Shown in pieces: positions 26,501-39,295 of a DNA stretch of 64,000 nucleotides (position 1 is the first letter of the stretch; every line of letters starts with the position of its first letter). Where the stretch lies: NCBI GenBank assembly GCA_012295275.1, contig CM022679.1:27776001-27840000 (forward strand). The letters are read 5' to 3'. The translations under genes were made by a program, and so were the position numbers. This DNA is from Chrysomallon squamiferum (taxonomy: Eukaryota > Animalia > Mollusca). Under the pieces are notes generated by a model, which had not been told where the DNA came from, made no database searches, and saw only the letters and a list, made by a program, of their open reading frames with translations.

Positions 26501-29500
26501 TATCAGTAATAAAACAGTTACAAGATAACAAATTTACAAAGCTATGTTAATAATAAAGAAACAATTACAAGGTACAAAGTCAAAGAAAGGTTTCACAAAC
26601 CCCAGAAAGAAGCAGTGCAGTGAAGATGTTCGGGTGTGTACTTGAGAAGTCGATTTCTGAAATTGTGATCCTGAATCGAGTAGAGGGGTAAAGTCTGAAA
26701 TCTTCGCCAACCAAGGGAGATAATCAGTGGATTTCGTGTTTTCAGTATTTTTTTGTGCCATCTGTGTTTCTTTAATCTGGTCTAAAATTTATATACATAA
26801 CAATTCAAAAATTAAATAAATAAATAAACATCCTAGAAATAAAATATTTTTATTTTTTATTTTATTTCTTTATTTTATTTTATTTTATTTAAATGCTGAT
26901 GTGAATAATAATTTATGGTAAGTGATTTAAAAAAGAAAAGAAGAAATAATCATCCATGGAGTTCAACTGATAAATTAAACAAAGCTCATGATAATAATCA
27001 CAGTTAACTACTAAAATTATCATGTAAGTATCTTTCAATGATTTCACACTAACACAGTGTAATGGTACCTGCACAAAGCCAATATTTCCCTCTATGTTCT
27101 GTAGACCTCCAATAATGACAGGGTAAGTAGGATCAAAATGCTGTATGAATTCACATGGCATTTTGTCAATCTCCACCCGGCAATAGAGACCTGGACGAAA
27201 CCCTTCGTACTCCACCCTCAGTTCATCTCCCAGATTCTCAAACTCAGCTCTGTTTAACTGTAAAATAATATATACCAGTCTCAAACTCAGCTCTGTTTAA
27301 CTGTAAAATAATATATACCAGTCTCAAACTCAACTGTTTAACTGTAAAATAATATATACCAGTCTCAAACTCAACTCTATTTAACTGTAAAATAATATAT
27401 ACCAGTCTCAAACTCAACTCTGTTTAACTGCAAAATAATATATACCAGTCTCAAACTCAACTCTGTTTAACTGTAAAATAATATATACCAGTCTCAAACT
27501 GAACTCTGTTTAATTAAAATAATATATACCAGTCTCAAACTCAACTCTGTTTAACTGCAAAAGTAGACTCAAATGGTAATTAACATGTATAAAAACACAG
27601 TGTTAATGACCATGAGTTTAAAAACAATATCCAAATTTTTTGTTTCGTTCCCTGCAAACATTGAAATTTATTTCTAAATTAAAACTTTCGTATGATAAAT
27701 AAATAAAAATGTGTTGTGTGTCAGTTAAAACCTGTGCTTGTTGTTCATTCTCTGACTTCCAGGCATCGTAGAACTCTGAGTCTCCTTTCACGTCGTACTC
27801 CTTGTCAAACATCTCCTTCAGCTTGCGTTTCTTCTCAGCCCTCCTCTCAGCAGACGTCATCTCACTCTTCTTTTTCTTCTTCACATCTGAATAAAACAAC
27901 ACTCTAAACATTTCTTACAACTACTGCACAGAAACACTCTTCTTTTTCTTCTTCACATCTGAATAAAACAACAGTCTAAACATTTCTTAGAACCTACTCT
28001 ACATAAACTCCAAGATTTTACTACTGACTGATAATAGGTAAATCAAAACTTCAGAATTATTTTTATTCATGTGTTTTGTCATCTGCATCTCTTACCACTG
28101 TCATGTATCGAATCCAGGTAACATCATCTGTGTACAAACCTAAAATCATCTGTCTCCCATCTATAATCATCTGTGTAAACCATTTAACATCACCTAACTC
28201 ATGTAACATTATCTTTTAATCCACATTTAACATCTGCTCATGGATTATGTAGCTGATATTCACTAACACAGCTGACTCATACAAAAAGAATTGTGTGAGT
28301 TAACAATTCACTTTTAACAAATAAGTTTTATCATTCAAAAAGAGATGTGTGAGTTAACAATTCACTTTTAACAAATAAGTTTTGTCATACAAAAAATAAT
28401 TGTGTGAGTTAACAATTCATTTTAACAAATAAGTTTTATCATTCAAAAAATCATCTGTGTGAGTTAACAATTCATTTTAACAAATAATTTTATCATTCAA
28501 AAGATGTGTGAGTTAACAATTCACTTTTAACAAATAAGTTTTTAATATCTTGTGTGAGTTAACAATTCATTTTAACAAATAAGTTTTATCATTCAAAATT
28601 ATGTTTTAACAATTCACTTTTAACAAATAAGTTTTGTCATGGAAAAAATAATTGTGTGAGTTAACAATTCACTTTTAACAAATAAGTTTTATCATTCAAA
28701 AAGAGATGTGTGAGTTAACAATTCACTTTTAACAAATAAGTTTTGTCATACAAAAAAGAATTGTGTGAGTTAACAATTCACTTTTAACAAATAAGTTTTA
28801 TCATTCAAAAAGAGATGTGTGAGTTAACAATTCACTTTTAACAAATAAGTTTTGTCATACAAAAAAGAATTGTGTGAGTTAACAATTCACTTTTAACAAG
28901 TAAGTTTTATCATTCAAAAAGAGATGTGTGAGTTAACAATTCACTTTTAACAAATAAGTTTTATCATTCAAAAAAAATTGTGTGAGTTAAAAATTCACTT
29001 TTAACAAATTAGTTTTACTTTCTGCTTCTTCACTTTTTTCTTCCTTCTCTTCATTTTCTTCTTTGTGTACCTCACCAGTCTCCAGATCTTCAAAGTCTCC
29101 ATACAACTCATCTGTTAACATAAACAGTTTAATATTACATTTACATAAAAATTGTTATATCAACATAAAATTCAATTATTATATTTTCAATGAAATGCAG
29201 TCACAGTTGTATTTAAACACAGTTTCAAGTGTAAATGTTACAAACTAAATATAAAATGTTGTTACCATCCTCTTTAAGCCTCTGTGCTGCATCATCACTT
29301 TTATCCCAGGATCCTGTCACAAAACAGTCTCTGATAGTTTCTTTTATCTTAAAAAATAAATAAAATAAATAAATATTAAAATATACACAATTACATGCAT
29401 ATATCCACAAATAAAACCACATATAAATAAATTTAATAACATACATATGTGCATGAATACTTTTTGAAATTATTACTTAATGTATATAAAAATACCTATA

Positions 29501-32500
29501 TACTGTTATACACATATAAAAAAAGAGATTTACATCTGTGTGATCCCAGTCGTGCATGTTGTCAACAACAATTTTAGATGAATCAATATCATTTAAAATT
29601 ATTTCATCTGGTTTCTGTCTCTTGCTTTTCTTCTTTAACACTTTAAACAGTCCACCCAGCTCATCAATACCATCATCATCACCATCATTTTCAGTAACAA
29701 CTGCAATAATGTTCAAAGTAGGTAATCAAGAGACAGTGATATGTATGAGTCTGCACAGCAGTTTAGCTACTGAATGGAAGAACTTAGAGATATACAGACA
29801 ACCTCATTGATAATTAGACTGACAAAGATAAAACAAAATATGATTACTTTAACATAATGAAATAAAATATATTATTACTACTAGGTTGTGTGACTGTAAT
29901 GAAAAGCTGATTATCGTTTAATTCATAAATTTAAAATTTTCTAATGAAACTGTAAACATAATCTTACAGGAAAACTTACTATTGAAACTTTTATAGTAAT
30001 TGTATTTGAAAGTGGCACATAGTAAGCTCAACATGACAAATGCTAGACAAAGTACTTGATTTACACATCAGTAAAATCAGCATTTAGAAAATATACAAAC
30101 AAATTACTGTTATTAAAGTACCTGGTCCGTAGATAAGTTTTCTATAATTAACTTTTTGTGTCTGTCGTTTTCTAAAAGCTTCTGCTGCTTTTTCTGTCAG
30201 CTTGTCTTTCCACTGCACACCAGCTGATAAAACAAACAAAACTAATCACAATGTTTCATAATACTTCCATTAATCAGTCACAGAAAGAAAAATGAAATGA
30301 AAAATTACAGCCCTTCACTGATTTAATAGAATAATCATTTTATGTCATATATATATTTTAAAATACATTTACATCCATTAAAGGAGTGAAAAACAAACTA
30401 ATAAATAAATAAATAGATAAATAAAAACGAATTATTAGGTTCTGTGTACCTACAAAGGTTGATCTTATTGATAAAAATAATAATTAAAAATACAAATAAA
30501 AATTAAAACAAAAAAAACAATAATCTTTTTACAATGAAATGCAATGTACTGTTTACCTCTATCATCAAAATCTAATTTGTTCTCATTCTGCTTCTCATCA
30601 TCATCATCATCATCATCCGACTGTTCTTCTTCTGAATCAGAATCTGTTTCTGTTTTCTCTGATTTCTTAGAAACACTATTAGATTTATCACACTCTTCAT
30701 CATCTTCACCACTTTTAGCTGAGTCGCCATCATCATCATCATCATCATCATCATCTGACTGTTCTTCCTCTGAATCAGAATCTGTTTCTGTTTTCTCTGA
30801 TTTCTTAGAAACACTATTAGATTTATCACAGTCTTCATCATCTTCACCACATTTAGCTGAGTCATCATCATTCTCACTAACAACAGAGACATCATCATCA
30901 TCTTCACTATCAGTGTCCATTCTACCCTCTTTGTGTTTGATCTGCTTGTCTGTCAAGTTATTTCTACAAACATCACTTTCCTTTCTTTTCTTCACTTTAC
31001 TACTCTCTTTAGCATCTGCACAAAACTCAGCTTTATCTTGTAACGAACTCCTGTGTCTATTTAAATTAATGTCGTTATCTTTTTGAGAAATATTTAAAAT
31101 CACTTCATCATCATCACTGTCACTAAATGTCTGCTCTGTTTCCATGGAAACTGTAAGTAAATTGCTGCTGTCACTAAGTGTCTGCTCTGTTTCCATGGAA
31201 ACTGTAAGTAAATTGCTGCTGTCAGTAAAATTATTTTCAAGTGTTTTACTTTTTGTTTTTGTTGTTTTAAGTTTTTTGTGTCTCCGACTCACATCCTCAT
31301 TTTTCTCTGACAACTTAAATATCTGAAAATTCTCATCACCCTCACTTTCATCATCATCATCATAACAAACATCATAAGCTTTCTCATCATCCTGAATGAC
31401 AAAATAATAAATTACAAACATAACTTCAGTACATTTTACATGTAAAACAAGTAAACAGAAGACTTTTAATCATAATCTGATCTGACTTTTTATTTTCACA
31501 ATCATGAAAACCATTTCTTTTAAACATTTTAACCTGATCAAAGACTGAAAATTTAAATAATTAAATTCAATTAATTTTATTTATTACTATTATTATTATT
31601 ATTATTAAATTGTTTGATACAATTATTATGAAATATGTCAAATAAACTGGGAGTTTGGGGTTATTTTTTTAAATACTAACACGAGAGTTACAGTTTTCCA
31701 TTTTCTCTTTCTGGTTCTTAGAATGTTCTTCATCAACAGTGCTGCCATCATCATCATCATCATCATCTTCTTCACTGTTATTATTATCATCATCATCTGT
31801 GTCAAAATGAGCTTTTCTTCTCACATGTTTAGTTTGTGATGAACTGAAAAAATGTAATTAAATATTAACATACAATTTCTCATCTCTCTAAATCATTAAT
31901 TATATAGTGATATACTAACTCTTATAATTAACATCATTTGTTTGTACTTATAATAGTTGTTTATTTACTGTTTGTAGTGTCTGTACTTACAGTAGTTATT
32001 TACTGTTTGTAGTGTTTGTACTTACAGTAGTTATTTACTGTTTGTAGTGTCTGTATTTACAGTAGTTATTTACTGTTTGTAGTGTCTGTACTTACAGTAG
32101 TTATTTACTGTTTGTAGTGTCTGTACTTACAGTAGTTGTTTATTTACTATTTGTAGTGTTTGTACTTACAGTAGTTATTTACTGTTTGTAGTGTCTGTAC
32201 TTACAGTAGTTATTTACTGTTTGTAGTGACTGTACTTACAGTAGTTGTTTATTTACTGACCTCTCTGTAGTGTCTGTACTTACAGTAGTTGTTTATTTAC
32301 TCTCTGTAGTGTCTGTACTTACAGTAGTTATTTACTGTTTGTAGTGTCTGTACTTACAGTAGTTATTTACTGTTTGTAGTGTCTGTACTTACAGCAGTTG
32401 TTTATTTACTCTCTGTAGTGTCTGTACTTACAGTAGTTATTTACTGTTTGTAGTGTTTGTACTTACAGTAGTTGTTTATTTACTCTCTGTAGTGTCTGTA

Positions 32501-35500
32501 CTTACAGTAGTTATTTACTGTTTGTAGTGTCTGTACTTACAGTAGTTGTTTATTTACTCTCTGTAGTGTCTGTACTTACAGTAGTTATTTACTCTCTGTA
32601 GTGTCTGTACTTACAGTAGTTATTTACTGTTTGTAGTGTCTGTACTTACAGTAGTTGTTTATTTACTCTCTGTAGTGTCTGTACTTACAGTAGTTATTTA
32701 CTGTTTGTAGTGTCTGTACTTACAGTAGTTGTTTATTTACTGTTTGTAGTGTCTGTACTTAGTTGTTATTTACTGTTTGTAGTGTCTGTACTTACAGTAG
32801 TTGTTTACTGTTTGTAGTGTCTGTACTTACAGTAGTTATTTACTGTTTGTAGTGTCTGTACTTACAGTAATTGTTTATTTACTCTCTGTAGTGTCTGTAC
32901 TTACAGTAGTTGTTTATTTACTGTTTGTAGTGTCTGTACTTACAACAGTTATTTATTTTGTAGTGTCTGTACAGTTGTTTGTAGTTTGTAGTCTGTACTT
33001 AAACAGTTGTTTATTTACTATTTGTAGTGTCTGTACTTACAGTAATTATTTGTTTATTTACTGTACCTTTCTGTAGTGTCTGTACAGTGGAAAGTTATTT
33101 ACTGTTTGTAGTGTCTGTACTTACAGTAGTTGTTTATTTACTCTCTGTAGTGTCTGTACTTACAGTAGTTATTTACTCTCTGTAGTGTCTGTACTTACAG
33201 TAGTTATTTACTCTCTGTAGTGTCTGTACTTACAGTAGTTATTTACTGTTTGTAGTGTTTGTACTTACAACAGTTGATTATTTACTGTTTGTAGTGTCTA
33301 TACTTAAACAGTTGTTTATTTACTATTTGTAGTGTTTGTACTTATAATAGTTGTTTATTTACTGACCTGTCTGTAGTGTCTGCAGTGGAAAAGGGAGCTG
33401 TGTTTGTAAACAACATTTCACTGGTTGACATTTTGACATCAACAGGTTTTATCATCGAAACAAGAGCAGAGAGAAGTTCATTGGACTGTTTGGGTTCCTG
33501 GTGAAAATAAAAACAAATTACACAAACATTATAAAATTGAAAAATCTCTGTTTGGGGTCCTGGTGAAAATAAAAACAAATTACACAAACATTATAAAATT
33601 GACAAATCTCTGTTTGTGTTCCTGGAGAAAATAAAACAAATTACACAAAGATTATAAAATTGGCATATCTCTGTTTGTGTTCCTGGAGATAATAAATTAC
33701 AGAAAGATTATAAAATTGACATAACTCTGTTTGTGTTCCTGGAGAAAATGAAAATAAATTACATAAAGATTATAAAACTGAAAAAAATGTAAGATTATTG
33801 TTTTTGTATGAATAGTAACAAATAAATGACTATTACTTTCTTTAGTTTTAAATTTTTGAACACTACAAAAAGAAGTGTAAGTACAGAAAGGTTAATGTGA
33901 GTATAAAAAATCTAACCTCATACTGCTGTGTTGTCGAGTATGAGTGGCTGCCTCCAAGGTCAATGTAGACAGCATCTTTATCATAGACAATCCCCCCAAC
34001 CCCAGACATGGGGGAGTAAATAAACCGTTCTCTGTCGTTCAGCGACCTTCGTTTTTCTCTGTCTGGCATGGGACACGGGTCAGAAAGAAACTGCATGTCA
34101 TGAATAATGAAATCTCCACAACCTGAAAAACAAAGTTTAAATTGAAAATTTTTGATTTAAAAGAAAATACAAAAAAAAAAAAAAAAAAATAAAAAAAAAC
34201 CAACTTTTAAACACAAGTTTGTATTGAAAACATCTGATTTAACGATAACAGCAAGAAATTAGTGTATTTCAGTAGAAAACAAGTGAAATATGTTGTATTT
34301 AAAACAACTAAAGTATGTTGTATTTAAAACAACTAAAATATGTTGTATTTAAAACAACTAAAGTATGTTGTATTTAAAACAAGTGGAATATGTTGTATTT
34401 AAAACAACTAAAATATGTTGTATTTAAAACAAGTGGAATATGTTGTATTTAAAACAACTAAAATATGTTGTATTTAAAACAAGTGAAATATGTTGTATTT
34501 AAAACAACTAAAATATGTTGTATTTAAAACAACTAAAATATGTTGTATTTAAAACAACTAAAATATGTTGTATTTAAAACAAGTGAAATATGTTGTATTT
34601 AAAACAACTAAAATATGTTGTATTTAAAACAAACCAGGGATGTGAACAAACTGCCTGTTTTTCATCTGTGTTCCTCTCACGTAACCATAGAGACAGACAC
34701 GTCTGTCACACTTGTTGTTCTGTCTGACCAGCTCTGGGTTAGTGATGTCTTCCACGCGGTCAGCCAGGATGTACGGGTGAGTGATTCTCCACTGCAGAGG
34801 TCGGAATTTCATCACAGAAATAAACCTACACAGATTGTGTACCTCCATTCGCTGGTACTCATTGTTTACCATACCTGACAGGTAAAACAACTTGGCACCC
34901 TGAAATACATAACATCTATTATTAAATACTTAACATCTAATAATATACATATCTAATACTAAATACATAATGTTTAACAATAAATATGTAACATCTGATA
35001 ATAAATACATATTTATATGCATGTCTAATAAGAAACAAAAATATAAATCCATAATATAAAAATATAGATTTATATACATTTCTTAAAGTTAATCTACTAC
35101 ATAATCATAGTCTGATGACTAAATAACAATTAAATAAATACCTCAGACAAAGTAATTCACAACAATAATATGATAAATTTCAATTATCTTAATTTAGTCC
35201 TGAATATGAATATGAAATAAAAGGCATATTAAAGACAAATGTATTTTACTTGATAAATTTCTGTCCAGAATCTATGTTTGAGTTTCCTCTTGGTTTTCTG
35301 CAGCTGTTTGTTGTTTTTGAACATATCTAAATGTGTCAAAACTCCCATGATTCTTGGGAAACCATGAACTTGGCAGATGTTTAGAAATTCAAAAGTTTCC
35401 ATTTCAAACCCAAAACTGGCATCCACAAGAAGAAGGACCTGCAGAAAATGTTAACATGAAAATAAATCTAACAGAAAAATAAATCTTGGATTACTGTGTT

Positions 35501-36798
35501 TTTACTTCAGAAATAATAAAAATGACCTAAATATTTCATCTTGTTAGCCTTCATTTTAGTTTTCAAGTTACTGTTTGTAGAAAGACAGTGGATAATTTAA
35601 ATTAAAATCTGAATTAAACAAATTTAGTTTGAATATAACTTTGGGTGAGTTAGCAGATACTTGTTCTAATATTTTCTTTGTTTTTATTTTTTTATTATTA
35701 TTATTATTGTTATTAGTAGTATTAGTAGCAGTAGTAGTAGTAGTAGTAGTAGAAGTAGTAGTTTTAGTAATAATATGATGATGAATAAGATAAAAGTAAG
35801 GATTAAATGATTTAATAAATAAATATTTGTATTAATTTCTTATACATTAAAAATGAAAAACAAAAGAATATAAACAAAGATAAACTTAGCAAATAAACAA
35901 ATACAAACCAAGTCAGCTACTTTAGCGATGTCAATCATACAGTTAATGTCGTTGTTACATTCTATCAACGTCAGTCTCCGTCGTTTACCTGTAAAACACA
36001 GCATTGTTACAACTCACATCAAAAGGACTCTTACAGGCTGTATTTATATATAACTTAAAAACATTTTTTTTAAAAAGATAGAAATATCCCAAAATTAATT
36101 AAATACTAAGTACACACATAATTGTTTTTACTGTGTTAATAAAAAATCAAAATTACAAAAGACATAGTAAAAATTTAAATTAATGATTGTATTCACTTTA
36201 TTCTTTATCTCCATAAAGAAAGAAATGAAATAAGAAAAAATAAGAATTTCACTAAACAAACCAGAAACAACTGTGACTGGTCCTTGTATGTTAGACAATT
36301 TCTCCTTCGCAAAGTTTCTGATCACACACTGCAGCAGAGTTGTCTTTCCGACTTTAGGAGGACCCACAACAGCTACAATTATTGGGGGAGGCTCTAGAGG
36401 GGTTCGATCAACAAGAGGGATGTGTTGCTTTTTTGTCTTGATGTCAAGTGTTCTGTTAAATATAAAAAGAGGCTTTTGAATCTTCTAGTTACTGTGTGAT
36501 ATTTAAAAAAATAATTTAAGAAAAATAGAAGAAAAAAAAAGAGAAAGAAATGGTAAGCAATAACAATGATTTAACAGCAGATACAAAGAATATTTTCTTG
36601 TTAAAGCTAATCTACAAGAGTTTCTCACCTCTGAACACGTCTGGCAGTTTTCTGAACTGCTTGGATTGAAAAAGCTTTTGGGTTGCGTTGTCTCGCAGTC
36701 AGCTCCTGTTCATGTTTATTTTTAGCTTTTTTCTTTTCAGCTTTCCTTCCCGCCAGTCGGGCTCGGTGCTCTTTTTGTTCTGTTTTTTCTGTTTCCAT
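23559..36798 (-). CDS. BMS1: Ribosome biogenesis GTPase BMS1, ~1355 aa, 22 coding exons: 36798-36629, 36452-36262, 35988-35909, 35438-35250, 34899-34635, 34122-33917, 33497-33367, 31843-31681, 31391-30557, 30223-30122, 29700-29534, 29347-29266, 29111-29019, 27886-27732, 27257-27069, 26781-26601, 26320-26262, 26110-25988, 25813-25666, 25326-25151, 24351-24199, 23768-23559
   Basis: RNPKAF, P-loop [154 protein letters not shown]. All junctions are GT-AG with consistent phase; total 4068 nt. Confidence 0.96.
24495..25190. repeat. Degenerate ~60-bp tandem copies of the BMS1 donor junction at 25151, interrupted by a MITE
   Basis: Variants of tatacttgataattttacctggtatctagaatctggtttctgtggta at ~24495, 24570, 24640, 24695, 25073 and the real junction at 25133-25180. 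Confidence 0.75.
24741..25049. mobile_element. 309-bp non-autonomous DNA transposon (MITE), GGG...CCC termini, 4-bp TSD TGGT, Sola2-like
   Basis: 24-bp TIRs gggtcattccgtgtcaaatcaccc / gggtgatttgacacgaaatgaccc (1 mismatch); subterminal IR at 24771-24800 vs 24982-25010; tggt on both sides; empty paralogous site at 24601-24630. Confidence 0.9.
27236..27562. repeat. 43-bp minisatellite (~7.5 copies) spanning the BMS1 acceptor at 27257
   Basis: Unit tctcaaactcagctctgtttaactgtaaaataatatataccag; half is exon sequence (LNRAEFE), half is the acceptor region. Confidence 0.95.
27863..27990. repeat. 72-bp-period duplication of the BMS1 acceptor at 27886
   Basis: cactcttctttttcttcttcacatctgaataaaacaac..tctaaacatttctta at 27863 and 27935. 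Confidence 0.9.
28275..29018. repeat. ~55-bp minisatellite (~13 copies) abutting the BMS1 donor at 29019
   Basis: Unit tgtgtgagttaacaattcacttttaacaaataagttttatcattcaaaaagaga, two alternating variants; the last copy runs into the GT. Confidence 0.95.
31945..33385. repeat. 36-40-bp minisatellite (~40 copies) filling a BMS1 intron and overlapping the exon end at 33367
   Basis: Unit tgtagtgtctgtacttacagtagtt(gttt)atttactgtt; tgtagtgtctg is also the exon 3' end (ADTT). Confidence 0.95.
33487..33782. repeat. ~60-bp repeat x5 spanning the BMS1 acceptor at 33497
   Basis: ctgtttg(g/t)gttcctgg(t/a)gaaaataaaaacaaattacacaaa(c/g)attataaaattg at ~33487, 33548, 33610, 33671, 33727. Confidence 0.92.
34276..34634. 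repeat. 25-bp minisatellite (~14 copies) abutting the BMS1 donor at 34635
   Basis: Unit aaatatgttgtatttaaaacaa(cta/gtg). Confidence 0.95.
34903..35010. repeat. Degenerate ~21-bp repeat abutting the BMS1 acceptor at 34899
   Basis: aaatacataacatcta(a/t)ta variants, about 5 copies. Confidence 0.65.
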
Positions 36799-37154
36799 TG
36801 CGCAATAAACTGAAAGACAAAAGTATCTTCTGAGATGACTATTTATTTACAAGTGTTATGTACTTCTTGTAAATAATGTTCATTATGTAATGCTGAGGAT
36901 CTCTTCAGTAATATTTATTAGACACTAACTCTATTACTAGTGATATCAACATCAAAACAAAATTTCTTTCTTCAAAAGTAAACTTTCTGAACTTGTAAAT
37001 AATGATCAACAAAATTTGTAATCATAATCACATCCCTGAAACAAATCTAAATTCAAATTGTAATTATAAAAATAAATGAATGTAATTAAGAAAAGCAAAA
37101 TAATTTAATCCTGTTTTAATTTAATAAAGTAATAAAATAACAGTAATAATAATA

Positions 37155-37263
37155 CAGTTGACCCTCAATTTCATGGACATCGGTTTTGTAATTTCAGATG
37201 AAGTCCGAAAAAAATTACCATTTTTTTAAATCTTAATTGTTAATATCTGTGAGTGGAGCCTTA

Positions 37264-37299
<36 letters not shown>

Positions 37300-37501
37300 G
37301 CAATGGGTTCAAGAGAAAACAAAAAAGGTGCATCTCTGTGTCGGTCAGTGTATTAAAATGTTAGGGTTAATCACTTATTGATTAATCATTTAATGATATT
37401 TGATAACATTCGCGATTTCACAGACTATTGCATTTTCAATGATTTGCAAATCTGCGCTCACCCACATTACTTCATTAGTTTGTAAAATCGAGAGTCAACA
37501 G
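37155..37501. mobile_element. Tc1/mariner (pogo/Tigger-like) MITE in the BMS1 5' region, TA TSD
   Basis: ta|cagttgaccctcaatttca ... taaaatcgagagtcaacag|ta; TIRs match 15/19; CAGT-type terminus with TA flanks; no coding capacity. Confidence 0.7.
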
Positions 37502-37635
37502 TACTATGAAAATAAACTATAACAATAAATAACATAAAATAGTATAATACAATAAACTGAAATAGAAACATTAAACTAAATTCAATAAAATTAATGAAAG
37601 AATTTATGCTTTAAAAGATTAATGATTTGCTTTAC

Positions 37636-37702
<67 letters not shown>

Positions 37703-37710
37703 AAGTATCA

Positions 37711-37815
37711 CCTCTTACGTGAAAATATATTATACGATCAACTGAAAACAACCGAAACAAACTGTTTCAGTTTACACACGTGGGTAGCGCCATATTGAAC
37801 AAGGGAGACAAATCT
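37711..37815 (-). promoter_or_regulatory. Probable BMS1 promoter and non-coding first exon
   Basis: Minus strand reads ttgtctcccttgttcaatatggcgc (YY1-like AANATGGCG) then a donor-like gag|gtgata at ~37711; the BMS1 ATG exon is preceded by an acceptor (ttgtctttcag, AG at 36811-36810). Confidence 0.5.
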
Positions 37816-38287
37816 AAACATTATCCTTATGGTAAATCTATCCTCATTAAAGATGCCATGCTTAGCAGAAAATGCACATAAAGCAAAGTAAAATATGGTA
37901 AAATATACCATTTTTTGTTGTTGTTCACTAATTTTATTATTGTTGTCGTTTGCTCTTGTTTTAATTCATTTATTTTTCTAACGAAATAAATTATAATTTA
38001 TACCTTTTTCAATATAGTCTATAATACTGGGTATGGATCTGCCTGTGCTGTATTGTCGTAGTGTCTGAGCGGATGTAGTCAGCTATAAGAACTGACCCGA
38101 GATGTGAAAGGCAGATAATCTGATGAGTTATTATTTCCCATTCCAGATAATACTGCGCAACTAAAATATCAAAAGTCGTTGTGCATTGTACGTATATATT
38201 TACGTAGAACCTGGCTTGTTCTCTTATATCTGTATGGCCGTAACTACATTGAGGCAAATGAGGCAAATGCCTCGTACCGAAATTGAC

Positions 38288-38321
<34 letters not shown>

Positions 38322-38352
38322 TACATACATACATACATACACACACACATAC

Positions 38353-38399
<47 letters not shown>

Positions 38400-39203
38400 C
38401 ACACACACACACATTTTAATTTATTTTAGGTAGTTGTTACTGTTGTTGTTTATACAAAGATTTTATTTTAAAAATATAAAATATAAATTTCTGTTCCGAC
38501 AGAAACAATATACACTGAATGAATTCGTTTATATCTATGGTTACCGTTTGAAGTCAACCCGCATCGATGCGACGAAAGACATAACTGATTTCAGACATCA
38601 GTTTTTACCTCATTCCAAAAAGAGTAGTGACGGCCATGATCTGTATACAGAGAATGACTAAGTAATTATCATATATTTATTTAGTGTGTGTGAGGGCGCG
38701 CGCGCGCGCGCGCGCGTGTGTGTGAGCAAACCAACGCAAATTAAAATGAAAGAAATAGGAATAAGAAGCATTCAGAGAGAAAAAGAGTTGGCAGTAGAAA
38801 ATTAAAAACATGAACAAAGAAATAGAGTGAAAAAAAACAAAATAAATATGCTTTGAAAAAACAGAAAATAAATGCAAAAGTTTATTTCACTACAACATTA
38901 AATATTTATACAGGTAATTCTTGCATCTATTCAGGCGTGTCCGAGGCGTGTTATTCATCGATCAATTTCTCCAGTGAGAAAAGAAAACGCCAGGAAAAAC
39001 GAGGGTCATGTGTTGTTAGCAGAGTGTGTTACGCATTTTGTACTAGAGTTTTTAAAAAAGTACATAGATAATATATGAGTTGTATCAGACGTAGGCGGAA
39101 TACTAACAACGTGTTTGAAGATATTTTTTTTTATTTGTTGTTCGCAACATTATAGCACATATACGTTACAGCTGTGAACCGTCTACAGTATTTTATTAAA
39201 TCT

Positions 39204-39295
<92 letters not shown>

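Noticed and set aside
30544-31086. Ser-rich plus-strand ORF and Met-rich alternative-frame ORF
   Set aside because: Shadows of the GAT-rich acidic BMS1 exon.
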